A DNA stretch of 64,000 nt from Gammaproteobacteria bacterium (GCA_030594815.1 JAUVEN010000003.1:2936-66935); one strand, 5' to 3'. Positions 10,689 to 19,756 are shown, counted from the stretch's first letter. Notes: a model not told the origin generated them from the sequence alone. Program-made: numbers and translations.

Positions 10689-10786
10689 TTGCCAACCATA
10701 TACCGGTCTTCGGCAAAAACAGAGGTAGCAGGAAAAGCCATACTTAATGTAATAATGAAGAGTAAATGTTTAATATAAGTATTCAT
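10685..10786 (-). CDS. 33-codon ORF encoding only a Sec-type signal peptide (MNTYIKHLLFIITLSMAFPATSVFA/EDRYMVGK); likely the N-terminal part of the split gene
   Basis: Hand translation of the minus strand. GAGGTG lies 7 nt upstream of the ATG. Its TGA stop overlaps the ATG of the 75-aa ORF as ATGA, in a different frame. Confidence 0.45.
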   Translation of the reverse strand: MNTYIKHLLFIITLSMAFPATSVFAEDRYMVGK

Positions 10787-11081
10787 TTGCATTCACCTCT
10801 TAGTTTGAAAAGCTGTTTAAAGAAAAATATTTGTAACAGCTCTATTAAATAAAAGTTATGATATAGAACACCCTTACTGTACGTTCTATAAACAGTGTAG
10901 TTTGTTCTAACAAATAAAGTGTTTTATTCTAAAATAATATTGATGCTTATTAAGTATAGTTACATCCTAAAAACATATATTTAGTACGATTATTGGTAAA
11001 TGTAATTAAATAGTTTGCTATAACATTCTTATACTTTAGGTAAATTAAGACAGGTTGTCTCAAAAATCAAGGGAAATTCAT

Positions 11082-11774
11082 ATGTCACTTATTGAAGCAA
11101 GCGGCCTTTGCAAGACTTATCAGGCAGGCGATATTGCAGTTAAGGCTATCAACGAGGTTAACTTTAACATTGATGTGGGTTCATTTGTGAGTTTTGTCGG
11201 TCCTTCGGGTAGCGGCAAGAGTACTTTGTTAAATATGATTGGTTGTCTGGACTCGCCAAGTTGTGGAGAGTTACATGTAGCCGGTACTGATGTTTCTTCA
11301 TTGGACCAGAAACAAGCGGCTATTTTCAGGGGGGAGAATATTGGTTTTGTATTTCAGGATTTTAATTTGATTCCGGTTCTATCTGTTTATGAAAATGTGG
11401 AATACCCACTTATCATGGTACAAAACTGGCCGGCTGCAAAACGTCGTAAACAAGTAATGGAATTACTCGATGCTGTTGGGATGAAAGAGCAAGCGGACAA
11501 GCTTCCCAGTCAGTTATCTGGAGGACAGAAACAACGAGTAGCTATTGCGAGGGCACTTGTTACGAATGCAAAATTAGTCCTTGCCGATGAGCCAACGGCT
11601 AACCTGGATAGTGTCACCGCACACCGTGTTATTGAGTTAATGAAGTCAATGCGTGAAAAGTTTAATACAACATTTATTTTTTCAACACATGATCCAAAAA
11701 TAATGGCAGAAGCCGAAGTGACTTATACTCTTGTTGATGGAAGTATCGAAAACAAAGAGGAGGTTGCATCATGA
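11082..11774 (+). CDS. ABC transporter ATP-binding protein, LolD/MacB-type
   Basis: It has Walker A GPSGSGKST, signature LSGGQKQR and Walker B LVLADEPT. I prefer the ATG at 11082 (MSLIEASGL..) over the TTG at 11055. Confidence 0.85.
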   Translation: MSLIEASGLCKTYQAGDIAVKAINEVNFNIDVGSFVSFVGPSGSGKSTLLNMIGCLDSPSCGELHVAGTDVSSLDQKQAAIFRGENIGFVFQDFNLIPVLSVYENVEYPLIMVQNWPAAKRRKQVMELLDAVGMKEQADKLPSQLSGGQKQRVAIARALVTNAKLVLADEPTANLDSVTAHRVIELMKSMREKFNTTFIFSTHDPKIMAEAEVTYTLVDGSIENKEEVAS

Positions 11775-13018
11775 TAAATATCCTTAAAATTGCTTCTAAG
11801 AATTTGATGCGTTATAGGCGCAGAACAATACTTACTACACTACTGATTACTATCGGCATTGTGGCTGTTTTATTATTTATTTCCCTGTCAGGATCTTTTC
11901 GTGCATTGATGGTTGGCCAGATTACAGACTCCATGCTTGGCCATGTTCAGATCCACAAAAAGGGTTACGTTGCCTCTATCGAAAGCTTACCTCTGACATT
12001 AAATATGAAGCCAGCCATGGTAGAGAAAGTTACCGGTTACCTTAGTGAGCGTGATGATATAGAAGCCTGGACAACACGCGTTAAATTTGGCGCTATGTTT
12101 AGTAACTTTAAAGAAACCACGAGTATCCGATTTAATTCTATTGATCCAGAGATGGAAATTGCGACTTCTCCGTTATTACCTGGAAGATTAATAGAAGGTG
12201 ATCGCAAAGCAGCATTTGTTGAGCCAGGAAAAATCGTGATCCCTGAACTGATCGCTAAAGGGCTCAAGGTTAAAGTTGGTGACTCAATAGTGATTGTTGC
12301 GACTAATCGTGAAGGTTCGGTTAATGGCAATACGTTTATGATACGCGGTGTGCTTGAAGGTATCTCCGGACCAGGTGGACGTGATGGTTACATGCACATT
12401 GATGATGCTCGCAATTTGTTACGCATGGAAGACACTGAAATTAGTGAAATTGCTATTCGCTTAAAATCATCAAAAGCGTTGAGTAAAATTCATAAAGAAA
12501 TGAATACTTATTTCGGGCAGTTTAATAACAAGGCAGGCAAACCCGCGTTTGATGTACACACCTGGGAAAAGCTCTCACCGTTTTCTAATATTGCCAAAAT
12601 GATTGATATGCTTGATGTCTTCATTAAGGTGATGCTTGTTGCTATTGTATTAATTAGTATTATGAATGTGATGCTGATGGCAGTGTATGAACGTATAAAT
12701 GAAATCGGTACTATTGCAGCGATTGGCACAATACCTTCACGTATACTTTCGTTATTTGTTACTGAAGGTTTGTTACTGGGAATTCTTGGCGCGTTTATTG
12801 GTTCAGTAATTAGTTTTACGATTGTCTATATTATGAACGTCAAAACTATTTCGTTTTCATTTGGTCGGCAGGAGAATCTTGTTCTTCAACCTACTTTGGC
12901 GATAAATGAAGTGCTAATAATTTCAGGGGTAGTGATTTTAGTTTCTGTGCTGGCTAGCTTACAACCGGCATGGAAAGCCTCAAGAATGGATCCTATCGAG
13001 GCGTTACGTCATTTCTAA
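11771..13018 (+). CDS. ABC transporter permease, FtsX/LolC-E/MacB family
   Basis: 415 aa. The layout is an N-terminal TM segment, a large extracytoplasmic domain and three C-terminal TM segments. It has an ATGA overlap with the upstream ATPase gene. Confidence 0.8.
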   Translation: MINILKIASKNLMRYRRRTILTTLLITIGIVAVLLFISLSGSFRALMVGQITDSMLGHVQIHKKGYVASIESLPLTLNMKPAMVEKVTGYLSERDDIEAWTTRVKFGAMFSNFKETTSIRFNSIDPEMEIATSPLLPGRLIEGDRKAAFVEPGKIVIPELIAKGLKVKVGDSIVIVATNREGSVNGNTFMIRGVLEGISGPGGRDGYMHIDDARNLLRMEDTEISEIAIRLKSSKALSKIHKEMNTYFGQFNNKAGKPAFDVHTWEKLSPFSNIAKMIDMLDVFIKVMLVAIVLISIMNVMLMAVYERINEIGTIAAIGTIPSRILSLFVTEGLLLGILGAFIGSVISFTIVYIMNVKTISFSFGRQENLVLQPTLAINEVLIISGVVILVSVLASLQPAWKASRMDPIEALRHF

Positions 13019-13046
13019 TGTATTTATATTTTAAGAGAATCAAACT

Positions 13047-13787
13047 ATGCGCATAAAAATAGTCTTATCAATTTTTTACGTTGTTACCGTATTTTTAACA
13101 AGTACTGCTTTTGCAGAAGACGGCACAGCAATATTAAAAAAAGTTGATCGTAATTTGCAACCAGAATCTTATGAAATGTATCGCAAATTGATCAATATTG
13201 AGCCTGACGGAGACCGTAAAGAATTTGTTCTTTATAGTATTAAGAAGGGGCGAGATAAGATGGTTGCCTTGTTTCTTGATCCGCCCAGTGAGAAGGGGCG
13301 TAGTTCACTACGTGATGGCGATAACATGTGGTTGTATATCCCCAATGTGGGCAAACCTTTACGCATCACCAGCTTACAATCAGTCGTTGGGGGTGTTTTC
13401 AACAATTCTGATATTTTACGTCTGGATTATAATCAGGAATATAATGTAACCGGAGTGGAGAACGAGAAGGATAAGCATATTCTTGAGTTGAAAGCTAAAA
13501 CTAATAGTGTTGCATACGATCGATTAAAGATGTGGGTTGATAAGAAAAATTTGGTACCAATAACAATAGAGGCTTATGCTGCGAGTGGATTGTTAATTAA
13601 AACACTTCATTATTCCAGGATAAAAGATTTTGGTAACGGCATCATTCGTCCTGCTATGTTACAAACTGATAGTCCACTTTATGAAGGTTATCAATCCATT
13701 ATGTTGTTTTCTAATATTAAAAAACGCACGTTTGCTGATGAAGTCTTTACGCTAAATTACATGTCACAGATTGAAAGTTTACGATGA
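13047..13787 (+). CDS. LolA-like periplasmic protein (outer membrane lipoprotein-sorting protein family)
   Basis: 246 aa with a signal peptide (..LTSTAFA/EDG). The beta-rich pattern resembles the LolA_like family as I remember it. The family call is from memory. Confidence 0.6.
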   Translation: MRIKIVLSIFYVVTVFLTSTAFAEDGTAILKKVDRNLQPESYEMYRKLINIEPDGDRKEFVLYSIKKGRDKMVALFLDPPSEKGRSSLRDGDNMWLYIPNVGKPLRITSLQSVVGGVFNNSDILRLDYNQEYNVTGVENEKDKHILELKAKTNSVAYDRLKMWVDKKNLVPITIEAYAASGLLIKTLHYSRIKDFGNGIIRPAMLQTDSPLYEGYQSIMLFSNIKKRTFADEVFTLNYMSQIESLR

Positions 13788-15070
13788 GAATTGCACAGCA
13801 TGTTTTCATGCTGATATTGTTTTTGCTGTCGGGTTACAGCTTAGCAGTAGAAGAATTTAGTTTTGATGTATCTTCATACCAAAAGAAAAACTATCGCCTG
13901 GGCGGGTATCTTGAATACTCATTGAGTTATCAGGAAATTAATCAAAATGCTTCTGCCAATGCACTTTTTTTTATCAATCAGGTGCCACCTGACTCACTTA
14001 CTCAACACACCGGCATAATTGAACTCAACGGTGACTATAAGCAGGATAAGTGGCAAGCACGCTTTAATTTTCATTCTGAAATTTATGATAATGAGCTTGT
14101 TAGTGTGCAGCAGAGTAATCTTTATGAGGCCTTTGCAACCTATCAACCTGCGACAGGGATTACTCTCGTGGCTGGGAAAAAAGCCATTAAGTGGGGTAAA
14201 GGTTATGCATGGAATCCTGTGGGGTTTGTTGAGCGCCCAAAGGATCCTGGTGAACCCGAACTTTCACGTGAAGGTTATGTTGTTGCCTTAGCAGATATCA
14301 TTAAAAGTTATTCTGGTGAAATAAAGACGTTGGCTTTTACTCCGGTCTTACTACCTGTTACAGATAAAATAAATGAGGACTTTGGTCAAATTGAGCACAA
14401 CAACGTTGCTGCAAAACTTTACCTGCTTTATAAAGATACAGACATTGATGTCGTTTATCTAAATGAGGGTAGCCGCAGTTTACGTTATGGATTTGATTTT
14501 TCAAAAAATATAAACACTCAATTTGAAGTGCATGGGGAATGGGCTTATTTTGACGAGATTACTCGACAACTTGTATCTGACAGTGGGGCAGTGAGTAGTC
14601 AAACTGGTTCAACCACTCGCTGGTTATTAGGTTTACGTTATCTGACAGATAATGACATGACTATTATTGCCGAATATTATAGAAATAATAGTGGCTATTC
14701 CGCAGCTGAGATGAAATCATTTTTTATTGCTGTGGATAGTGCTAATGCAAGCAATGACACGGATTTATTAACAACACTTTCATCGGTTGGTGAAAAATCT
14801 TTTCTTACCCGAAACCCCGGGGAAGAGTATCTTTACCTTCGACTCAGCACTAAGGAACCTTTTGACTGGGTATATTTTGTTCCAGCACTGACGACCATCT
14901 ACAATCTTGGTGATAATAGTTATTCATTATCACCTGAAATCATTTACACAGGTATACAGAACCTTGAATTTCGCTTTAAAGCGACTTTACTTTATGGCGA
15001 CAACAATAGTGAATTTTCAGAGAAACGTAATGATCAGAAATACGAGTTTCGATTACGATATTTTTTCTAG
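13784..15070 (+). CDS. Putative outer-membrane beta-barrel protein
   Basis: 428 aa with a signal peptide (..LSGYSLA/VEE), alternating hydrophobic beta-strand periodicity and a C-terminal ..RLRYFF (terminal Phe typical of OMPs). It has an ATGA overlap with the upstream gene. Confidence 0.6.
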   Translation: MRIAQHVFMLILFLLSGYSLAVEEFSFDVSSYQKKNYRLGGYLEYSLSYQEINQNASANALFFINQVPPDSLTQHTGIIELNGDYKQDKWQARFNFHSEIYDNELVSVQQSNLYEAFATYQPATGITLVAGKKAIKWGKGYAWNPVGFVERPKDPGEPELSREGYVVALADIIKSYSGEIKTLAFTPVLLPVTDKINEDFGQIEHNNVAAKLYLLYKDTDIDVVYLNEGSRSLRYGFDFSKNINTQFEVHGEWAYFDEITRQLVSDSGAVSSQTGSTTRWLLGLRYLTDNDMTIIAEYYRNNSGYSAAEMKSFFIAVDSANASNDTDLLTTLSSVGEKSFLTRNPGEEYLYLRLSTKEPFDWVYFVPALTTIYNLGDNSYSLSPEIIYTGIQNLEFRFKATLLYGDNNSEFSEKRNDQKYEFRLRYFF

Positions 15071-15102
15071 ATAGCCTTATATTTTGCAATAATAAATTGA
15101 GA

Positions 15103-15345
15103 TTATTTATCGTCTGCTTTTTTAACCCGGATTTTGTTACCTGCAATCTCTTTTCCGTTAATACTTTTCATTGCTGCTTTAGCATCACCTTGCTTAGGCA
15201 TTTCAACAAAACCAAAACCTTTTGATGCTCCGGTTTCTTTATCCATAACCAGTGTACATGACTGTACCGTTCCAAAGGGTTCAAAGAGAGATAGAAGTTC
15301 CTTTTCTGTTGTTGTACGTGTGAGATTACGAATGAGTAATTTCAT
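15103..15345 (-). CDS. RRM-type RNA-binding protein
   Basis: 80 aa with RNP-2 LLIRNL and RNP-1 KGFGFVEM. A GAGGA ribosome-binding site precedes it. It lies 17 nt downstream of ybiT on the same strand. Confidence 0.9.
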   Translation of the reverse strand: MKLLIRNLTRTTTEKELLSLFEPFGTVQSCTLVMDKETGASKGFGFVEMPKQGDAKAAMKSINGKEIAGNKIRVKKADDK

Positions 15346-15362
15346 TGGTTTAATCCTCTAAT

Positions 15363-16955
15363 TTAATCAGTTGCTTGATCTCTCAAGTATTCATCATAGC
15401 TACCACTATAGTTAGTAACACCTGTTGGTGATAGTTCAATAATACGCGTCGCTAATGATGAAACAAATTCTCTATCGTGGCTCACAAATATGAGTGTGCC
15501 AGGATAATTATCTAATGCGAGATTCAATGCTTCAATCGATTCCATGTCCAGGTGATTGGTAGGTTCATCAAGTACTAAGATATTGGGTTTTTGCATCATG
15601 AGTTTGCCGAATAACATGCGACCTTGCTCACCACCGGATATTTTAGTCACTGATTTATCAATATCACTTTGAGAAAACAACATACGACCTAATATTCCAC
15701 GAACAGCTTGTTCATCATCACCGGGTTGTTTGAAGTGGCTCATCCAGTCGAAGAGAGACATGTCATTTTCAAAGTCACCCGAATGATCCTGTGCGTAGTA
15801 ACCAATGTTTGAGTTTTCTGACCATTTAATATGACCACTGTCGGGTGCCAGGTCATGCACCAGGGTACGTAATAATGTTGTTTTACCAATGCCATTAGGA
15901 CCGATAACAGCAATACGCTCACCGACTTCTGCTAAGAGGTTTAGATGTTTGAATAATTGTTTATCATCGAAACCTTTACTCATGTCTTCAATTTCTAATG
16001 CAATACGATAAAGTTTTTTGTCTTGTTCAAAACGAATAAAAGGACTTTTACGACTTGATGCTACGACTTCAGTGAGTTCAATTTTTTCTAATTTTTTCGC
16101 ACGTGATGTTGCTTGCTTTGCTTTAGATGCATTGGCAGAGAAACGACTCACAAAAGCCTGTAGTTCAGCCATTTGTACCTTTTTCTTATCGTTATCAGCA
16201 TGTAATTGTTCACGCGCCATGGTTGATGCGGTCATGTACTCATCGTAGTTACCAGGGTAAAGACGTAGTTCACCATAATCCAAATCAGCCATGTGGGTAC
16301 AAACACTATTAAGAAAATGACGATCATGTGAAATGATAATCATAGTACTTTTACGTTCATTAAGAATGTTTTCTAACCAACGGATAGTATTGATATCCAG
16401 GTTATTGGTAGGTTCATCGAGTAACATAATATCTGGATTGGCAAAAAGTGCCTGGGCAAGTAAGACGCGTAATTTCCAGCCAGGTGCAACTGCACTCATT
16501 AAACCTGTATGTTGCTCTTCCGGGATTTCCAGACCTAACAACAATTCACCGGCACGAGATTCAGCGGTGTAACCATCTAATTCTGCGAACTCAGTTTCGA
16601 GTTCGGCAACTTTCATACCTTCTTCTTCACTCATTTCTGGTAAAGAGTAAATGCGGTCACGCTCTGCTTTAATTTCCCAAAGACGTGCATCACCCATGAT
16701 CACTGTGTCGAGCACCGTGTATTCTTCAAAAGCAAATTGATCCTGACCTAATTTACCAACAGTCTCATTGACATCGATCGAAAAGTTTCCGGAAGAGGGT
16801 TCAAGTTCACCTGTGAGTATTTTCATGAAAGTGGATTTGCCACAACCGTTGGCACCAATCAGGCCATAGCGATTGCCATTACCAAATTTTGCGGAAATAT
16901 TTTCGAATAAGGGTTTTGCGCCAAATTGCATTGTGATATTTGCTGTAGTAATCAA
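15363..16955 (-). CDS. ybiT: ABC-F family ATPase YbiT
   Basis: 530 aa and near-colinear with E. coli YbiT as I recall it (..[35 protein letters not shown]..). It has two ABC cassettes and no TM domain. TTG start. Confidence 0.9.
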   Translation of the reverse strand: MITTANITMQFGAKPLFENISAKFGNGNRYGLIGANGCGKSTFMKILTGELEPSSGNFSIDVNETVGKLGQDQFAFEEYTVLDTVIMGDARLWEIKAERDRIYSLPEMSEEEGMKVAELETEFAELDGYTAESRAGELLLGLEIPEEQHTGLMSAVAPGWKLRVLLAQALFANPDIMLLDEPTNNLDINTIRWLENILNERKSTMIIISHDRHFLNSVCTHMADLDYGELRLYPGNYDEYMTASTMAREQLHADNDKKKVQMAELQAFVSRFSANASKAKQATSRAKKLEKIELTEVVASSRKSPFIRFEQDKKLYRIALEIEDMSKGFDDKQLFKHLNLLAEVGERIAVIGPNGIGKTTLLRTLVHDLAPDSGHIKWSENSNIGYYAQDHSGDFENDMSLFDWMSHFKQPGDDEQAVRGILGRMLFSQSDIDKSVTKISGGEQGRMLFGKLMMQKPNILVLDEPTNHLDMESIEALNLALDNYPGTLIFVSHDREFVSSLATRIIELSPTGVTNYSGSYDEYLRDQATD

Positions 16956-16989
16956 GAGACTGTCCGAGTGTTATTTATACGTCAAAAGG

Positions 16990-17001
16990 GCGCGCATTAT
17001 G
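16990..17001 (-). promoter_or_regulatory. Putative -10 (CATAAT) plus GCGCGC discriminator upstream of ybiT
   Basis: The minus strand reads TGgCATAATGCGCGCcc about 35 nt upstream of the ybiT start, with an extended -10 TG. The same motif occurs before rhlE and rpsO. Confidence 0.4.
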
Positions 17002-17183
17002 CCACAGAGTGGTGAGTCATTCACACAACAATATCCCTATTATTTATGATAAATACAACAAAAGTAAAAATGATATTTTTTATTATTTTCGTGGCGAATA
17101 ATAAAATATGAACTAAAATTATAGATCACGTAATTCCGATGAAATTACGCTTTTTTAACTGTTTAAAATAAGGTGACATTGTT

Positions 17184-17417
17184 ATGGATATTAAAATGGC
17201 GGACGTTACCCTTCATATTGATGAAGACACTACTCATGATAAACGCGAAGCATTCAGGGATAGTTTGTTAAACTTATCAGGCGTTATGACTGCAGATAGT
17301 TTGGATAAAAAACCACATTTTATGATTGTGGGTTATGATCCCGATGTGATTAATTCAAGAGATTTGCTAGCTGATGCAACAAGAAATGGTCTTCATGCTG
17401 AATTAATTGGGCTTTAA
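17184..17417 (+). CDS. Small hypothetical protein with a ferredoxin/HMA-like beta-alpha-beta-beta-alpha-beta pattern lacking CxxC
   Basis: 77 aa. A GGTGA ribosome-binding site lies upstream. The pattern VTLHIDEDTTHDKREAFRDSLLNLSGV..V.YDP..I....L..A....G follows the HMA layout without the metal-binding cysteines. Confidence 0.5.
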   Translation: MDIKMADVTLHIDEDTTHDKREAFRDSLLNLSGVMTADSLDKKPHFMIVGYDPDVINSRDLLADATRNGLHAELIGL

Positions 17418-17460
17418 TTTTTTAACCAGTGAACATGAGGCTGAGTTTTTCACTAAAAAA

Positions 17461-17934
17461 TTAAAGTAACAATTCTTTATCAATTGGGTGGAATGCACTC
17501 GCTGCATTGATCAGTGAGTTTGCTGTGAGTGCGGGCACACCATACACATCTGCATCAACCGAATAATCTTCCCTAATCTTTTTTAATAACAGGTCAAAGT
17601 CACCATCTCCGGAAAGCAAAACTACAGTATCAACATCTTTTGCTGTTTGCATAACATCAATGGTGATACCAACATCCCAGTCACCTTTAGCGGAACCATC
17701 TCTACGCTGTATATAGGGTTTAAGTTTTACCTCAAACCCTATATGTTTTAGCGCGTCCTGAAACTTTATTTGTGAATCATCATTTCTTGCAATGGCATAA
17801 GCAGTTGCAGAAACAATCTCACCTTCAGCACTTAATAGTTGCCACAACTTTCTATAATTGAACTGACGGCCATAACTATCACGGGTAGTGTAATAAATGT
17901 TTTGTACATCAACAAAAATAGCAATTTTTTTCAT
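17461..17934 (-). CDS. NYN/LabA-like domain protein (putative RNase)
   Basis: 157 aa with IAIFVDVQNIYY and LLSGDGDF motifs typical of the LabA-like NYN family. It lies 24 nt downstream of rhlE on the same strand. Confidence 0.75.
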   Translation of the reverse strand: MKKIAIFVDVQNIYYTTRDSYGRQFNYRKLWQLLSAEGEIVSATAYAIARNDDSQIKFQDALKHIGFEVKLKPYIQRRDGSAKGDWDVGITIDVMQTAKDVDTVVLLSGDGDFDLLLKKIREDYSVDADVYGVPALTANSLINAASAFHPIDKELLL

Positions 17935-17958
17935 TGGTTAAACTGAATTGTCTATGTT

Positions 17959-19332
17959 TTAACGATTGCCTGATGGGGCTCGATTTTGGTTGTTATTACG
18001 TCGAGATTTATTACCTGTCGCTTTTGACCATGGGGATTCAGATTTGTTTCCTGAAGAACGATCACCTGATGATTTATTTCCACCTGAACGTCTGGCTGAA
18101 GTATTTCTGCCTCCAGAATTGTTTCCAGCATTTCTTCGTCTTGGTTGTTGCTTACCGCCACGACCATTTTGAATAGGTTCAGCTTTAATAGATGGATCAA
18201 TCTCATAACCTTCAGTAGTAATTTTAGGTATTTCGCTTTTAGTAAGGCGCTCAATATCTTTCAATAATTTCAGCTCATCCACACAAACTAAAGACATCGC
18301 TTCACCTTCGTTACCAGCACGACCAGTACGACCAATGCGGTGTACATAATCTTCAGCAACATTTGGAAGTTCAAAGTTGACTACGTGGGGTAGCTGATCA
18401 ATATCAATACCACGTGCAGCAATATCGGTTGCAACTAAAACACGTACTTTGCCCGCTTTAAAATCAGCAAGAGCTCTTGTGCGAGCACCCTGGCTTTTAT
18501 TGCCATGTATTGCCGCAGATGTAATCCCATCCTTGCCTAGCTGTTCTGCTAAACGGTTAGCTCCATGCTTAGTTCGTGTGAAAACGAGAACCTGTTTCCA
18601 GTTATTGGAACCAATTAAAAACGATAGTAATTCACGTTTACGACCTTTATCTACATGATGCACAACCTGTTTAATACGTTCAGCCGTTGTATTAATTTGT
18701 GCAACTTCAATAAGAGCAGGGTTATTAAGCAGGTTATTAGCTAACTTCTTAATGTCATTTGAGAAAGTTGCAGAGAAAAGTAAGGTTTGTTTTTCTTTTG
18801 GTAATAAGGCCAGTACTTTTTTGATGTCATGAATAAATCCCATATCAAGCATGCGATCGGCTTCATCTAGAACCAGAATATCAACTTTTGAAAGGTCAGC
18901 AGAACGTTGGCTTACGTGATCGAGTAAACGGCCAGGAGTGGCAACTAAAATATCGAGCCCTTTAATGAGTTTCATTTTTTGCGGGTTAATGCTCACCCCA
19001 CCAAATACAACCGCTGATTTAAGAGGAAGATGACGGCCATAGGTTTGCACACTTTCATGCACCTGTGCTGCTAATTCACGAGTTGGTGTAAGAATCAAAC
19101 AACGAAGCGGGCGACGGCCTTTTTGTGGTTTCGTTGTATCCATTAACCGCTGTAGTAAAGGAAGCGTAAAACCGGCTGTTTTACCAGTGCCTGTTTGTGC
19201 TCCACCCATTAAGTCGCGTCCTTCCAGAACAAGAGGAATGGCTTGTATTTGAATAGGGGTCGGAGTGGTATAACCTTTATCGGATACAGCACGAAGTATT
19301 TCGGCTGAAAGGCCGAGCGAGTCAAATGACAT
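17959..19332 (-). CDS. rhlE: DEAD-box ATP-dependent RNA helicase RhlE
   Basis: It has the Q-motif region, [12 protein letters not shown] (VLDEADRM), SAT and [10 protein letters not shown] motifs, plus a long Arg/Gly/Asn/Ser-rich basic C-terminal tail. Confidence 0.9.
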   Translation of the reverse strand: MSFDSLGLSAEILRAVSDKGYTTPTPIQIQAIPLVLEGRDLMGGAQTGTGKTAGFTLPLLQRLMDTTKPQKGRRPLRCLILTPTRELAAQVHESVQTYGRHLPLKSAVVFGGVSINPQKMKLIKGLDILVATPGRLLDHVSQRSADLSKVDILVLDEADRMLDMGFIHDIKKVLALLPKEKQTLLFSATFSNDIKKLANNLLNNPALIEVAQINTTAERIKQVVHHVDKGRKRELLSFLIGSNNWKQVLVFTRTKHGANRLAEQLGKDGITSAAIHGNKSQGARTRALADFKAGKVRVLVATDIAARGIDIDQLPHVVNFELPNVAEDYVHRIGRTGRAGNEGEAMSLVCVDELKLLKDIERLTKSEIPKITTEGYEIDPSIKAEPIQNGRGGKQQPRRRNAGNNSGGRNTSARRSGGNKSSGDRSSGNKSESPWSKATGNKSRRNNNQNRAPSGNR

Positions 19333-19484
19333 GAGAATATTTCTCCAAAATTTATGAGGATCGGCCTACCCAAAACAATATGTATGGGACGGTCTTAGGC
19401 GAAAACTTATCTAGCGTATTTCGTGTAATTCAAAGCTGATTTATCACGATTAAAAGGTGCAGACCGATGCGCACCCGAATTTGA

Positions 19485-19496
19485 GCGCGCATTATA
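19485..19496 (-). promoter_or_regulatory. Putative -10 (TATAAT) plus GCGCGC discriminator upstream of rhlE; implies a 5' UTR of about 150 nt
   Basis: The minus strand reads ccTATATAATGCGCGCtc. No convincing -35 was seen. Confidence 0.4.
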
Positions 19497-19594
19497 TAGG
19501 AAGTTTTGTAAAAAAGGGGCCGAAAATGAAATATCTTTAAAATAATTAATGGTTTATTAGCCATAATTTGAGGTAGTGTAAGAAAAAATTCATA

Positions 19595-19623
19595 TTGAAA
19601 TTAGCGATTTATATGTTGAATAT
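19595..19623 (+). promoter_or_regulatory. Putative sigma70 promoter of the cspA-like gene (TTGAAA-17-GAATAT)
   Basis: The hexamers and spacing were read directly from the sequence. It would give a 5' UTR of roughly 125 nt, as expected for cold-shock csp genes. Confidence 0.3.
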
Positions 19624-19756
19624 GCTGTTTTTTCTAAAAAAAGGGGTTACAATCCCAAGCGCTACATTCTACTGGTTATGTCAGACGTTTTATCCTGTTA
19701 ATTTCCTTGTAAGATTTGTAACACATTTTTAATATTTAATTATGAGGTAATTAATA

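Noticed and set aside
13198-14291. Nested same-strand ORFs (83 aa at 13198..13449 and 90 aa at 14019..14291) inside the LolA-like and OM-barrel genes
   Set aside because: They are out-of-frame readings within well-supported longer genes, with no start signals.
10237-15162. Calling the repeat-bounded block a mobile element or genomic island outright
   Set aside because: No integrase, transposase, tRNA target or conjugation or phage genes lie inside or beside it. I report only the repeat structure and the hypothesis, and I do not annotate a mobile_element feature.
17046-17156. A 21-codon ORF (MINTTKVKMIFFIIFVANNKI) followed by a hairpin, as a possible leader-peptide attenuator
   Set aside because: It has no ribosome-binding site, the hairpin is a weak 7-bp AT-rich stem, and no alternative anti-terminator pairing is evident. 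It is mentioned only as context in the finding for 17184..17417.
17952-18254. Two ORFs (100 aa on the minus strand, 68 aa on the plus strand) overlapping the 3' end of rhlE
   Set aside because: They are alternative-frame readings of the repetitive Arg/Gly/Asn/Ser tail region of RhlE and have no independent signals.
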